DNA of 64,000 nucleotides from the human T2T-CHM13v2.0 reference genome, Homo sapiens. Position numbers and translations under genes: made by a program. This document shows positions 33,430 through 47,949 of the stretch, in pieces. Position 1 is the stretch's first letter. Every line of letters starts with the position of its first letter. The notes beneath the pieces are model-generated. The model worked only from the letters and a program-made list of their open reading frames with translations, was not told where the DNA came from and ran no database searches. The stretch lies in NCBI RefSeq assembly GCF_009914755.1, contig NC_060927.1; one strand, 5' to 3'.

Positions 33430-33700
33430 CCATGATGGGTAATGTGACAGTGGGCTGAACAGAAAGAAGGCAGATTCTGGAGTCTCTTGCACATTGGGTC
33501 CAATCTGTACCCAGACATTTACTGGCTGTGTGGCCTTGGAGAAGACATTTAAGCTTTCTAAATGGCAGTGTTCTAATTTATGAAATGAAGAAAGTAATAT
33601 CTTTCTTTAGGGACGTAGTAAGGATTAACAATGAGTTTGTAAAGTTCTTAGTACAATAGGCATCCAATCAACTGAAGCCATCAATATTTATTATTACACT
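33430..33700 (+). mobile_element. MIR SINE
   Basis: tttactggctgtgtggccttggagaagacatttaagctttct…tgaaatgaagaaagtaata…aggattaa. Confidence 0.7.
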
Positions 33701-33994
33701 TAAGCATGACAGTTAAAACTCTATGGCAAAATTTTCTTAAAAAGATCCTTTCTTGCCAGAGCAGTCATCTACCATCCTAGTTCTGCCTCATCTTGGGAAT
33801 ATCAGAAAGGGTGAAAATGCCTTCAATATGCGACTTATACACAATTGCTATCTTTTGAAGATTATCACTGGGCTGTACTGAAGAAGTGACATGATCATTT
33901 TAACTTGTGTTAGGTTGTTAACCTATACAATTACAGTTTATTATTACTATTATTATTATGTAATATTCTGGTGAGAAGAAAGGTGAGGGAAATC

Positions 33995-34121
33995 ATTATT
34001 TGATTGTTTCTATCTATGAGGCATTGTGCCAAGTGGTTTTACATACATTTAAATATCACAGTTGCCCTGGGAGCTTGGTGGTAGCATTATTCACATTTTA
34101 AAGATCAAGAAACAAAGCTCA
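33995..34121 (-). mobile_element. MIR part split by L1PA16 (resumes 36101-36200)
   Basis: ggcattgtgccaagtggttttacatacatt…cacattttaaagatcaagaaacaaagctca | gaaacaaggctcagagcagttgtgtcactgttcaagatcacacagcc. Confidence 0.7.
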
Positions 34122-36100
34122 AATCAGGCAAGAGAAAGAAATACAAGGCATCTGAATACAAAAAGAAAAAGTCAAATTGTCTCTCTTTACTGAGTATATG
34201 ATTCTATCATATCAGCAAAGAAAATCCTCAAGACTCTGCCAAAAGGCTCCTAGACCTGATAAACAATTTTGGTAAAGTTTCAGAATACAAAATCAATGTA
34301 CAAAAATCAATACATTTCTATACACCAATAATGTCTAAGCTAAGAGCCGAATCTAGAATGCAATCCCATTTACAATGGCTAGACATAGATTAAAATACCT
34401 AGGAATACATCTAACCAAGGAGGTGAGGTGAGAGATCTCTACAAGAACTACAAAACACTACTGAAAGAAATCAGAGATGGCACAAATGGAAAAATATTTC
34501 ATGCTAATGGATTGGAAGAATATTAAAATGGCCAAAGCAATCTACAGATTCAATGCTATTCCTATCAGACTACCAATGTCATTTTTCATAGAATTAGGAA
34601 AAACTATTCTAAAATTCATATGGAACCAAAAAGAGCCCAAATAGCTAAAGCAATCCTAGGCAAAAAGAACAAAGTTGAAGACATCACATTGTCTCACATG
34701 AAACTATAAGGCTACAGTAAGCAAAACAGCGTTGTACTGGTACAAAAACAGACACATAGACCAACTGAACAGAATAGAAAACTCAGAAATAAAGCCACAC
34801 ACCTACAACCAAAGTCAACAAAAATAAATAATGGGGAAAGGACCCTCTATTTAATAAATGATGCTGGAATGACTGACTAGCTACATGCAAAAGAATGAAA
34901 GTAGATCATCGTTTTCACTACAAAAATTAATCTAAGGTGAATTAAAAAACTAAGTGTAAAACTTCAAACTATAAAAACCCTAGAAAGAAACCCAGGAAAT
35001 ACCATTCTGGACATTGGCCTTGGCAAAGAATTTATGACTAAGCCCTTAAAAGCAAGTGCAACAAAAACAAAAATTGACAAGCAGAACTTAAACTAAAGAG
35101 CTTTTGCACAGCAAACGAAACTATCAACACAATAAACAGGCCACCCACAGAATAGGAGAAAATATTTGCAAACTATGCAGTCAACAAAGGTCTAATACCA
35201 GAATCTACAGGGAACTTAAACAACCAAACAAGCAAAAAACGAATAATCCCATGAAAAAGTGGACAAAAGGCATGAACAGAAACTTTTCAAGAGAAGACAT
35301 TCAAGTGGACAATAAACATATGAAAAAATGCTGAACATCACTAATCAGAAAACGCAAATCAAAACCACAATATGATATTATCTCATGCCAGTCAGAATGG
35401 CTATGATTAAAAAGACAAACAAAAACAAAAACAAAACAGATGCTGGCAAGGGTGCAGAGAAAAGGGAACTCATACACTGTAGATGGGAATGTAAATTAGT
35501 TCAGTCACTGTGGACAGCAGTTTGGAGATTTCTCAAAGAACTTAAGACAGAACTACCAAATGGTTATCCCAGCAATCCTGTTACTAGGTATGTATCCAAA
35601 GGAAAATAAATTGTTCTACCAAAAAGACACATTCACTTTTGTGTTCATCGCAGCACTATTCACAAGAGCAAAGACATGGAATCAACCCAGGTGCCCATCA
35701 ACGGTGGATTGGATAAAGAAAATGTGGTACATATACACTATAGAATATTATGCAGCCATAAAAAGAATGAAATCACATCTTTTGCAGCAACATGGATGCA
35801 GCTGGAGGCCATCATCCTTAGCGAGTTAACATAGGAACAGAAAACCAAATACATCTTCTTGCTTATAAGTGGGAGCTAAACACTGGGTACACATAGACAT
35901 AAAGATGGGAACAATAGACACTGGAAACTACTAGAGGAGGGAGGGAGGAGGGAAGAAAGGGCTTAAAAGCTACCTATTGGGTCCTATGCTCATAACTTGG
36001 ATGATGGGATCATTCATACCCCAAACTTCACCTATACTCATGTAACAGACCTGCATGTGTAACCCTGAATCTAAAATAAAAGTTGACATTATTTAAAAAA
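34122..36100 (+). mobile_element. 5'-truncated L1PA16-like LINE-1
   Basis: 3' half of ORF2 plus a 3'UTR ending ctgaatctaaaataaaagttgacattatttaaaaaa. TSD aagaaacaaagctca (34107-34121) / aggaaacaaggctca (36101-36115). Confidence 0.9.
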
Positions 36101-36209
36101 AGGAAACAAGGCTCAGAGCAGTTGTGTCACTGTTCAAGATCACACAGCCAGTGAGTATCAGAGCCAGTGTGGCCCTGGCCCTGTGCTCTTCCCTATACAG
36201 CCTTCTGAA

Positions 36210-36335
36210 ACAGGTATTATTGTCACAGCTATTTACAGATGAAAAATGGCAAATCCAGAGTAGTTCAAGACTTGTTTAAGGTCATAGACATATTGGAGAG
36301 GAGATCCATGACCCAGTCCCTGAAGTCATCGACTT
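36210..36335 (-). mobile_element. MIR fragment
   Basis: caggtattattgtcacagctatttacagatgaaaaa…gacttgtttaaggtcatag. Confidence 0.55.
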
Positions 36336-36544
36336 TTTCCTTGAGCCTCCTAGTGGCACGCAATATAGTAGAATGGTTAAGAACACAGGCTATTAGGTTT
36401 TTCACTGCCAGAGAAGGGAGTTAAAAATATGGAAAGGAAGAGACTAGAATGAACCCTGTGGTATTGAACTGGAATTGAAGGTATTAGAACACACACACAA
36501 ATATACATGTAGAAATGAACATATATGTAAATCTCTACTTACCC

Positions 36545-36586
36545 TCACACACACGTACACACACACACACGTGTACACACGCGCGT

Positions 36587-36629
<43 letters not shown>
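36545..36629. repeat. (CA)n microsatellite
   Basis: Compound CA/CG tract ending in about 20 perfect CA units. Confidence 0.95.
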
Positions 36630-36633
<4 letters not shown>

Positions 36634-37611
36634 TCCTAATTCTTTTCACCAAAAGGGTCATTCATGAAGCAGCAGTGAGCACACCTAGCACCATATCTTG
36701 GCTTCTAAATACAATTCTTCATGTAAAGGAACCAGGGATCCTCAACAAAATGGTTGATTCCAAGGTCTGGAGCAAGTAAGGTACAAGATGAGCCCAAAAC
36801 ATCTCATTGCACCAATTAACAATAAAAAGGCTTTAAAATGATGAGAACATGTTAAGGGCGGAGCAGATGGATTAAAGGGGCTCCTAGTGGCCAAATTAAA
36901 GACAATTTGAACATCAAAATAAATAATGGTAGTTACAAATGAAAGTCCATTTAATAAAATGGAAAAGCATGAGTCCATGCTGATACAAATGAATAAATGA
37001 ATGACTTGAAAGTTGATGAGGACTGAGATATTTATATAGCTTCAAAGTTCCTTTCTACAAAATACTTATTAATTATGGGGGGTAGAAAGAGTAACTTTAC
37101 AGCAGAGAAACCTGGTTGACACCATCTTAATTAAGTGATCAAAATGCAGGTCACTAGTAACAGGACAAGTCCAAATCACGTGCCAACTGATGGCATGTGA
37201 CAAGAAGAATGCAGCACTGCTTCTGTTTTTCCTGTCAGCAATGTACAGTCTGAATGTAATCATGAGGAAGTATCAGAAACACCCAGAATAAGGGATCTCT
37301 ACAAAGTATCTGACCTGTAATCCTTAAAAATATCAAGGTCATGAAAGTTAATGAAAGATTTAGGAACTGTTCCAGATTAAAGGGGACTAAAGGGACACCA
37401 GTAAATGTAACACATGATTTTGAATTTCAGCCTTTTGATTTAAAGGGCTGAGTGAACATGTGAAACCTGAATGATTCTGGTGGTTGCATTGTGGTTACGT
37501 AGGATTCTGGTTTGTCATAATTAGATGTTAGTGTATTTGAAAGTGATGAAGGATCAAGTGAACAACTTACTGTGAAAAATTCAAGAAAAAAAGGACATTA
37601 TACTTGAAACC

Positions 37612-38005
<394 letters not shown>

Positions 38006-38104
38006 TGAAACCTTTTAAAGTTTGATATTTTTCACAATAAAAAGTTATCTTCCCAAGAATCAAAAATCTCAAAACAAAAGCAAGAAAGAATACAGATGCT
38101 GCCA

Positions 38105-38345
38105 ACAGGGAGAGGAGTGAGGTGGTTAAAAACACAGGTGCTGGGTTTTAATTTTAGCTTTGCCACTTATTAGCTATATGAAACTAGGCCTACGTTATCT
38201 GTGTCCCAATTTCCTGGTCTGTAAAATAGGGATGATAATAATAGCACCAACCTAGGGTCCTTGTGAATTTAATGAATTGGCAACCACACAGTACTTAATA
38301 GCATGAGTTCTATAATCAGTGCTGAATACTGTTTGTTGTTTTTAT
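38105..38345 (+). mobile_element. MIR SINE
   Basis: ctttgccacttattagctatatga…ctgtgtcccaatttcctggtctgtaaaatagggatgataataatagcacc. Confidence 0.8.
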
Positions 38346-40079
38346 TAGAGGGAGGCAAAATATGATTCTATGTGATCCATTTTCCCCTCAGGGCATTTGC
38401 CAGGGAGAACAGTCTGTTGTGCTCCTTCTGACTTGTTTGGAAGGGTATACTTCAGCTAAAAACACTTGCCATGTGGTCAATCCAATTATTCAGGTAGAGG
38501 GTTATATATATCGATTTAATAAATGGAGGAAGTTTAAAATTAACAGATATGTTTATAATCATTTGGTGTACACTTAGTTTTGATGTGGGGACCAATGAGG
38601 CTTAGCTTTTTTTTTTTTTTTTTTTTTTAAGTATAATCATCGTATCAGGACAAAATATTGTATTTGGAATAACCTGGGCATCAGGATGAAGAAAAAGTGA
38701 TCACACTGACAAGATGTCTGTTAAGCTTTAAAAATATATATGTATGGTTTATTATAAAGAATTAAAGTATATCCACTACCAAGAATGGCTGTCGGTTAAC
38801 AATGAACATTTTTAAATGGCAATTAAAACAATGTACTGGCTGGAATGGAAATATAGACAGCACTTTGATGTGGACTCTTTACATTTATTCCTTTTCTGCT
38901 CCTTGGGTACTTAATGTCAAACTGAAAAAATGAAATATAAGGGGCTGTTTGAGTTTGAGAATGGGTAGTGAGGCTAATATTTTGCAAGTCCTTTTTGATG
39001 CACACTTTTCTGGTCCATCTCCACTAATCAAATTCAGTTTCAAGAACCCAGAGTTCTTTTCCAGTTAGCTTCGGTTGACATGAGAACAGATAGCCTCTGA
39101 CAAGGCCTTTTTACTCTCTCATTTGACAGTCCTAAAATGTTACTTTAAAACATTTTAGAAGGTTCACAATGACTGTTGCTAACATGACAAGATATGCTCC
39201 ATCCACCCCATAGAAAAGGGTGAAAAACTCCATCTGGAGCTGAACTCTGACCTTGACCCAGGGATCAATCCTTCTTGACTACGCACCTGCTCCACACTAA
39301 AGAGCCACAATGGCTTTTTTTTTTTTTCCTAAAAAGACAGAATTTTTGATGTACCTTCAAGATTCCATTTATATCAGTGACATAATGGTGTCAGCTCTTT
39401 GAAGGAAGAAAGAAGAACAGGCAGAAACTAGTATTATATCGTTAAGTGCCCAAGAATCAATTACATCCTTGCTGAGACAAGAGGCAATTTTCCCATTTAA
39501 ACTTCACAGATGTACGGACTGGCAAATTATTGTTGGGTTGTTGCTTCTTTTATTATAATTAACAATTAAAAAACCCATGTTATAATGTAATTAGCTGTTT
39601 ACTGGCTCTTATTGGCACAGGTTGTAGCAGAGACTTTACTTTCAAGGATACGAACTACTAAAAAAGCATTTTAATCAACCCTTTTATATTCAGTCACTAG
39701 TATAGAACTATTTTGGCCCCACAATTAAACCACTGGAAATTTCTAGGCTCATTTGGATTTCTAAGAAACATCTTGTGGAAACCTATTGTTTCCTTTCTTA
39801 AAATACCCAGCTCAGAGTTTATTGATTCTCCATTTCTGGAAAATGTAGTAGCAATTTTTCTAGCCTTTTTGTCCTCCCTTTTGTTCTTGTTCATCCCTAA
39901 ATAATTTAAAAAATATCAATTTAGGCTCATATTCTTAATGTTTTTCAAATATACCTGCATGCAGCATGCAGAAAAAAACATTTTTGCTCAGGGTCAAGTA
40001 GGCATTGTTTGATCACCCAGTGCCATGTTGGAAAAAGGAACTAGAAATGGGAATTATTTAGGTTAATAGAAAACTGTTC

Positions 40080-40335
40080 ATAATTATGAGAGCTAACATT
40101 TACTATGCACCAGGCACTGTTTTGAGTACTATACTTGCTGTTCACATATTAACTCATTTAATCCTCACAAGGACCCTCTGAGATAATTTGTTATAATCCA
40201 CAGTTTACAACAGAGGAAATGGAGCTGCCCAGAGGCTGAGTAACTAGGCCATGGCTATAGAACTTGTAAGTGGCAGAGCTGGGATTCAAACACGGGCAGC
40301 TGACCCCAGAGCCCACACTTAACAGCCGCTACAGT
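40080..40335 (-). mobile_element. MIR SINE
   Basis: tactatgcaccaggcactgtt…attaactcatttaatcctcacaa…gtaagtggcagagctgggattcaaac. Confidence 0.88.
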
Positions 40336-41223
40336 TTACTGGTATCTACAAGGCATTATTGTGACTGTTAAAGCAAGGCCCAATCAATGTTTGTTTTTAA
40401 AAACAACTCATGAAAACAAAGTAAAAGTTTAAAAAGCAACTACTTTGTATGCTATCAGCACTGATGGGATTACTGAGGAATGTTTCACTTGCTTACTCTG
40501 TGCCAGGCTAAAGCATGACATAGGTTAAAATGCCCAGAATATATCCATGGAAATGATGGCAAAACTTTTGCTTGTGTAAAGCATTCATGCACATAACAGA
40601 TCACTGAAATTGCCCATATTGCCTTATGTGGTCTCAGACTCTAAATCTAAGAAATGATACCAGTATATTTTTGCCACATAATTAAAACCATATAGATATA
40701 AATATTCAAGCTACTTTCCACATATTTAAAAAACTATTCTGAAATCATCTTCCTGTTGCATCAGGGCATCTCATGTAGAGAAGCAAGTGATCTCCAATAA
40801 TTAGCAAGTAATCTACTTCTTACTTGTATCCTATCCTTTTACAAAGTAGGACTTGAGTCAACTCACAAGAAAAGATTTTGAACAAGGACAAGCATTATAT
40901 GCAATTTTTAAAAAAATCATGGGATGTGGGGCATATAGAAAATGGTGGTTTCAGAAAACTTAAGACTGGACATAGATACTACAACTGAGCTGGCATTTCA
41001 TCCTTAAAGGGCCACAAGGCAATGGTGTGATGTTGGTGAAATGTGCCTCAGGTTCTGATAGTTCATCTTTTATCCTTGTTCCCTATCAGGCTGCTAGCAC
41101 TTAATGCTGATATTTTTCTCAGTCATGTCTCCTGGGGTTGCTTCCCTCAGGGTCTCTTACTTGGCTGTCAGCTCATCTTTCAGAAACCACAACTTGGTAT
41201 CTGCTCAAGAAACTACCCCTCCC

Positions 41224-42531
41224 CCATGCAGAAGAATAAAACTGGACTCCTGTCTCTCACCATATATACAAATCAACTCGAAAGGAACTAAAGACTTAAA
41301 TGCAGGATGCAGATTATGAAATTACTAAAGGAAAACATAGGAGAAATGCTTCATGAAATTGAGCTGGGCAAGGATTTTTAAAAATAAGAAAGCACAGACA
41401 ACGAAACTAAAATTAGACAAATAGGATTACATCAAGCCCAAAAGCTTCTGCACAATGAAGGAAACAAAGTGAAGAGACAACCTAGAGACTGGGAGGAAGT
41501 ATTTGCAAACTATACATCTGACAAGGGGTTAATATCCACAGTATATGGGGAATTCAGAACACTCAATAGCAAAAAAAAATCTGATTAAAAATGGATAAAA
41601 GACCTGAATAGACATTCTGAATAGACATTTTTCAGAATATACAAATATTCAACAGACATATGAAAAAATACTGAACATGCCTAATCATCAGAGAAATGCA
41701 AATCAAAACCACGATGAGATATCACCTCACCCCAGTTAGAATGCTATTATCAAAAAGACCTCCCCACCCCAGAAAAAATGCTGGCAAGGATGCAGAGTAA
41801 AAGCAATTCTTTATACATTGTTGGTAGAAATGTAAATTAGTACAGCCATTATGGAAAATAGTATGAAGGTCTCTCAAAACACTTAAAAGCAGAAGTACTA
41901 TATGATCCAGCAACCCCATTAGTGGGTGTGTATCCAAATGAAATGAAATCAATGTCACAGAGACATCTGCACACCCATGTTTTCAGTGTACTTCACAATA
42001 GTCAAGATATGAAATCAACCTAAATGCCCATCTACAGATGAATGAAGACAGACACATACACACACACAGACACACACACGAATATTAACCATAAAACAGA
42101 ATGAAATCCTGTTATTAGTGGCAACACAGATGAACCTGGAGGACATTACATTAAGGTAAAGAAGCCAGACACTGTGATCTCACTCATGTGGAGTCCAAAC
42201 AGTTGATTTCCTACAGGTAGAGAGTAGAATAGTGTCCACCAGAGGCTGCAGAGGGGTGGGGATGGGGATCAGGAGGAGAGGCTGGTCAATAGGTACAAAT
42301 GTTAGAGTTAGGAAGTTTTGGTGCTCTATTACACAGTAGGGTGACTACAGCATGTAAAGGTGAAGTGTACATTTCATGATAACTAGAAGATTTTCAGTGT
42401 CATCACAATGATAAATGTTAAAGTGATATGGTAATTATCCTGATTTGATCACGATACTATGTATACATGCATTGAAATATCACATTGTGCCCCATAAATA
42501 TGCATAATTATGTATCAATTATAAATTAAAA
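41224..42531 (+). mobile_element. 5'-truncated L1MA4/5-like LINE-1
   Basis: ORF2 3' end plus a 3'UTR ending cacattgtgccccataaatatg…caattataaattaaaa. TSD aagaaactacccctccc (41207-41223) / aagaaattacccctccc (42532-42548). Confidence 0.88.
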
Positions 42532-43214
42532 AAGAAATTACCCCTCCCAGGAGAGCTTAGAGTAGATGAGAGCACTTGAAAATGTGTTACAAATATTTAT
42601 TGTTAGTATAAATGGGACATTTAGCAGAGGAATTTCTTTAGGAACTGAATCAAATGGTAACTCAGGCAGCTATGGTAGGCTGTGAGGATGTTTGGATGAG
42701 GTATGGAGTAAGAGTCCAACTTGAGATGTCATAATAGGACTGTGTGAAAGCAGCTTTTGCCTGACAATAGGAAGAGAAAAGGAGGGGAGAAGGTAGAACA
42801 GATAAAAGGCAGAGCCTGGCGGAGTCTATTTGTAAGGAGCAGAGTGGAAAGAGAAGTCCATCCCTGCTACCTTTCTAACCACAGTTCAGGCAGTTCATTT
42901 TTACATACACTTAGTGAACCAGACATGTCTCTGCTCTCAGCAAGCCCACAGTCTAGTGGATGATACCAAGAGGCAGCTTCTCTCCATCACTCTGCACATC
43001 AGATACCTGCTTGCAGAGGTCTGAGAGGAGGGGAGTGCACACCCAGATGGAGATCACCCCTCCAGAGGGGGAGGCTGAGTGTGTGTGGAGTCCTAGTCCT
43101 CAGAGCGTGTGTAGGATGAGGCTTCTGCATCAATGCCACGCATGACAGCAGCTAAGCGCTAGTAATACCAGAAGTCAGTACACAGTCAAGTTGTGTTCTC
43201 TCACTTGGCCATAT

Positions 43215-43365
43215 AGACCAGGAGAGCAAGGAGGGCCTTAGAGGTCATATCTTTCAAATTTGTTACTTTACAGATGAAGAAACTGAAGCCCAAAAGATGT
43301 ACTGATTCACTGGATCATGAATGGCAGAGCTAGAAACTGAAACCAGCCACTCTGGTGCCCTGCCC
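43215..43365 (-). mobile_element. MIR fragment
   Basis: tttacagatgaagaaactgaagcccaaa…atggcagagctagaaactgaaacc. Confidence 0.7.
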
Positions 43366-44044
43366 ATTCCAAGTTTAGGTTCAAGCCACAGCGGCTTGAC
43401 AGCTATTAGAATAAGAATGCATCTAGGGGAGAGGGCATTTTCAGTCTTATCAGTTGTTTACACTTCAAAGTTAATGACTTCATCAGAACCTTTTGGAGAA
43501 CAGATTTGGAAAGAGGGTGAAGAGAGATAGGCACCTGGGATCAAGGAAAACAGGTTGTGACCACCAAAGTCAAGCTTTGCTGACTCCCAGTGGGGCTCAT
43601 TAATGCACAGCCACAAGTTCTGACCCCATCCCCCAGCCTGTGTGTCTTAATGCTTTATCACTTGGAAGGGGAGGATAGAAACCTCTTTTGACAAAACAGA
43701 AGTGACTGCCAGAGTCCCAAGGAAATTCTGAGGGTTACATACACTCACACACACCTTTCTCTTATGGAGAGGCAGATTCCATTGCTGGCATAGGGCCTGG
43801 TCCCTACTGTTGAATCAGTGATGTTCACAGGCATGCAGGAAAGGCGGGACTTGGAGGCCCTAGCTAGTCTACCTGGGGCCCTGTGGAAGGGGCAGGGCAG
43901 TGATAGCCATAGTGGAGAGTGGGTGCTTCAGCAGCTGTTCTTTTGCTGAGCCCAGATCTGAGAGGGGGAGGCCAATGAAGCTGCATGTGGCCTTCTGGGG
44001 GAAGCATCATCTTCACTCACATTGGATAGATTTAAGAATTTGTG

Positions 44045-44463
44045 TTGGCACTGTTGGTTAGCTGACATACACCATATCCACCACCCTTTCAGCTGAGCCA
44101 CCTTCCAGGTGGGCATGGTCACGTGACCCAGTTGGGCTAGGCAGACTCAAGCTGAAGTCTGTTGGGTAGGGTTTCTAGGAGATTTGCTTTCCCAATTTAA
44201 AAAAGGGAGAGCTAGATTCACCTGACATGCTGCTCTCTTCCTTTTTCCTTCCCACAACATGGATACACAGCAGCACTCTTTAGAACCAGCACAAGCCATT
44301 ACAACAAGGATGACAAAAAGAGCCTCATCACTGATTTTATCCACTAGTTTTGGACTGCTTCCTCTAGGTTTCCTAATACATGAGAAAAATAAGAACCTAT
44401 TTGTTTAGGCCACATAGTTGGGCATTTTCTTGGCTTTATAAAAGGCATCAGTCCTGGTGGTAC
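44045..44463 (+). mobile_element. Old MaLR LTR (MLT1J/K-like)
   Basis: ggtcacgtgacccagtt…ggactgcttcctctaggtttcct…tgagaaaaataagaacctatttgtttaggccac. Confidence 0.6.
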
Positions 44464-44679
44464 TCAAGGCCTTTCACAGTCTGGTGCCCCTAAATCTTTC
44501 TCATCTCACCTCCTGCCATCTGCCTTCCTTCTCTAAGTCCCTTTCCTTCAATTCACAAGTCACAGCCCTGGGAAGCCTTCCCTGGAAGAACTAGTTGCAC
44601 ACAGTGCTTTGAGCTCCAGCTTCGTTTATGCCACTATAGCACATAGAACCATGAATTATTTGTTGATTTTCCCAGATTC

Positions 44680-45590
44680 CTGCAGTCATCTCTTAATTCA
44701 ACTCTCAGCCCCTACCTTTGCCTCCCTGTAGAATACAGTGTATTCTCAAGACAGCAGAGGAGTTCTTTCAAATTGCCAGTTAGATCACATCCCTTGTTGC
44801 GAAATCCTCCAGTAGCTGCCCCCACCTTTTTTTTTTTTTTTTGCGATGGAGTCTCGCTCTGTCACCCAGGCTGGAGTACAGTGGTGCAATCTTGGCTCCC
44901 TGCAAGCTCCGCCTCCCAGGTTCAGGCCATTCTCCTGCCTCAGCCTCCTGAGTGGCTGGACTACAGGCACCCGCCACCATGCCCGGCTAATTTTTTGTAT
45001 TTTTAATAGATATGGGGTTTTACCGTGTTAGCCAGGATGGTCTTGATCTCCCGACCTCGTGACCCAATTCTTAAAGTGAAAGGCCGAGTCCTTACAATGG
45101 CTTATAAGGCCCTGTATGATCTTCCCACCCCTCTTACTTCTCTAAACTCAGCCCCTCCTACTCTCCTACATGCTCACCCTTCAGCCTCACTGGCCCACTT
45201 GATGTTCCTCCAATTTGCCAGGTACATCTCACCTTACAGTCTTTGCATAAGCTATTGCCACTGCTAAAATGCTCTTCCTCCTCCCAGTCTTTACTCAAGA
45301 GATAACTTCTCAGTGAGGCCTACTTGGACTACCTAATTCAAATCACAGCCCAATCCCATCCCTATAACCCAGCCTCCATTCTCTCTTCCTCTGCTCAATT
45401 TTTTTTTCTGTACCACTTATCACCTGATATACTATATAATTTGCCCATTTGTTAAGCTAATTTCTCACGGCTTATTTTCTCTTGCCAAAATGAAAACACC
45501 CTGAGCACAGGCATTTTTGTTTATTTCAAATGCTCAGAACAGTGCTTGGCACACATGTATTTGTTAAGTGTGTGAATAAATTGATTTGTA
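44680..45590 (+). mobile_element. L2 (L2a-like) 3' region, interrupted by AluY
   Basis: agatcacatcccttg…gtccttacaatggcttataaggccctgtatgatc…ttctcagtgaggcct…agaacagtgcttggcacacat…tgaataaattga. Confidence 0.75.
44827..45065 (-). mobile_element. AluY, 5'-truncated
   Basis: tgcaagctccgcctcccaggttcaggccattc and accgtgttagccaggatggtcttgatctcccgacctcgtga. Confidence 0.92.
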
Positions 45591-45967
45591 TAAGATGACT
45601 ACACACCGGGTAATTACTATGTTCTAAACTCTCTCAGCTCCTGATGATGTATGTAGTGGGAACAGGCCCTGGAAAGGTTCTCAGTGCAGTAAACTCTTTG
45701 CCCATTCCAGTTACCTCAACTAGACTAGGCTCATTAATAGGCACAGGGCAAGTATTATCAAATACAGGAAAAATGAGAACTGCAACACTGATTTCTGAAA
45801 AACTATCTCATTACAATCACATTCCTACTTCATGCAGAAAAGGAAAACTGGAACAGTTCCAGGGTTTGGAGAGCTTTACCGAGAAAAGGTTGTTAAAACA
45901 AGCAGGCTGCCCTGGAATCAGTATTTGAAGGGCTCTCTTCCCCCTAGAATGGTGGCCACCTGGCTGA

Positions 45968-46267
<300 letters not shown>

Positions 46268-47288
46268 TCTTGCCTGCATTTTATTCCAACTGAAGGCATT
46301 TCTTACCTTTGGACTCAAAACATGCTCTGATTAGACCAGCAGCACCAATCAGCCCTGGTGGTGTTTCAAAGAACTTTCCTTCCTTTGAACTTAACAGTGA
46401 AAGGGAGGTTAGCCTTAACAATGAAAGGTTATTTAGATATATCTTTTTGGCCAACCCTTTTATGCAAATCTAACTGCACTTGATGACAGAAATCAATCTT
46501 GATAAGTTTGCTCTTGATTTCATGGAAGGGTGGACAGTTCATGTAACAAAGTTTTCTTTAGTTTCCTGACGTGTTTCAGGGCAATAAGAAATCCTATCGA
46601 CTTTGAAGCTTTTTAAAAGAGATGGTTGCTGGGTTCTTTGGGGGGAATTTATCCCACAAACAGCATGAAGATTTATTTTCATTCAAAAAATTGTGATTTT
46701 TTTGTGTGTTTTGACTCTGCTTATCTCTTCAGTGGAAAAGTACTTTGTAACTGATAAGCACTTCAGCAGATCAAGGAGATTCATTACCCTGGCAGTTTTT
46801 CATTTTCAGATAGAAATGAGTAGAAATTATCCAATTTCTCTTTTTATAATAACGTCCAATACATTTAGTGTTCAATTTCACACTGTCCCTTGATTTATAG
46901 CATTTGCCAGATTAATCGAGATCTGGTGATATTATAAAAGGTGGGGGTGTTCTGTTAACCCTTTAAGCCCAGGAGGCAGGCATACAGAACACCATGGGAA
47001 ATACACTGACTCTGAAACATACTCCAGAAAGCAATTAACTTATGTTCTATTCGTGTTTCTATCTTGTCCTACCCAGCTCCAAATCTTGAGGAAATATGCA
47101 GATTCCTGACAGCAGCAGAATCTTTCAGAAAGGAGTCTCAGAAAACTTTATTAGAACCAACTGGAAAGTAAGCTGGAAGGTGCATATGAAACCTTTCGAA
47201 TTCTGATGGTTTTGAAGTATAGATAACCTATATCTTCTATACCTTTGCATGCCAGGTTTTTATGAGGAAGACTTGCCTTTCACTGTCT

Positions 47289-47307
47289 ACCTCTCTAGGG
47301 GGCGCTG
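47289..47307 (+). promoter_or_regulatory. Candidate CTCF binding site
   Basis: acctctctagggggcgctg compared with the core CCASYAGRKGGCRS. The AGGGGGCGC part is intact and retains its CpG. Confidence 0.55.
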
Positions 47308-47309
47308 TG

Positions 47310-47440
47310 GTTTGGATGAAGCTTTCCTGGCTCTGTCACCTACCTCTTAACTTCATCTCTCTGGGTCTCAGTGTCCTTATCTTTAAAATGGACACAATAA
47401 GATGAAAAGTAAAGTATATGGCACATAGTAGCACTGTATA
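47310..47440 (+). mobile_element. MIR fragment
   Basis: cctggctctgtcacc…ctctctgggtctcagtgtccttatctttaaaatgg…ggcacatagtagcac. Confidence 0.65.
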
Positions 47441-47949
47441 ATAATACCCCCCAAACACTAAATTTCCCTTAATTTAGGCAATGTTTACAGCTCAAGTCCT
47501 AGCATCTTTCTCAAGGTGGCTCGTGAACTAAAGTGTGCAATGGTATGCAGACATGTGAATACAGTTCTGTCTGCAAATATATTGAAAATCATTCGATGAC
47601 AGAAACTAGGTGTTAAATTGTGTTCCTTTGGTTTCCTATATAATGTAACTGCTTCATAGATATTTAGTGATGAATAACTTAAAAGAGAAAGAGGGGCAGA
47701 AGGAAAAAAAAGAAACCTCATGGGTTATCCTTTTTGCTTATTTGATAATTCCCTGTTTAGATTTCATTATGCTGGCAACTCCTGCAGTTCCTCTGGGCTG
47801 AAGAAGTCCTCCTGGAAGAGCAACCTGTAATTTTCCTTTCCAGTGTTCGATTGCAACTTCTAACCACCGTAGCCCCTTCATGCCAGCTTCAGCCAGTCTG
47901 AGGGCACAGGCTGGAAAAGAGAATCCTTTCCACTCCTTATTTCTCCAGA

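Noticed and set aside
41604-41629. 13-bp tandem duplication ctgaatagacatt
   Set aside because: Ordinary slippage inside a dead L1MA.
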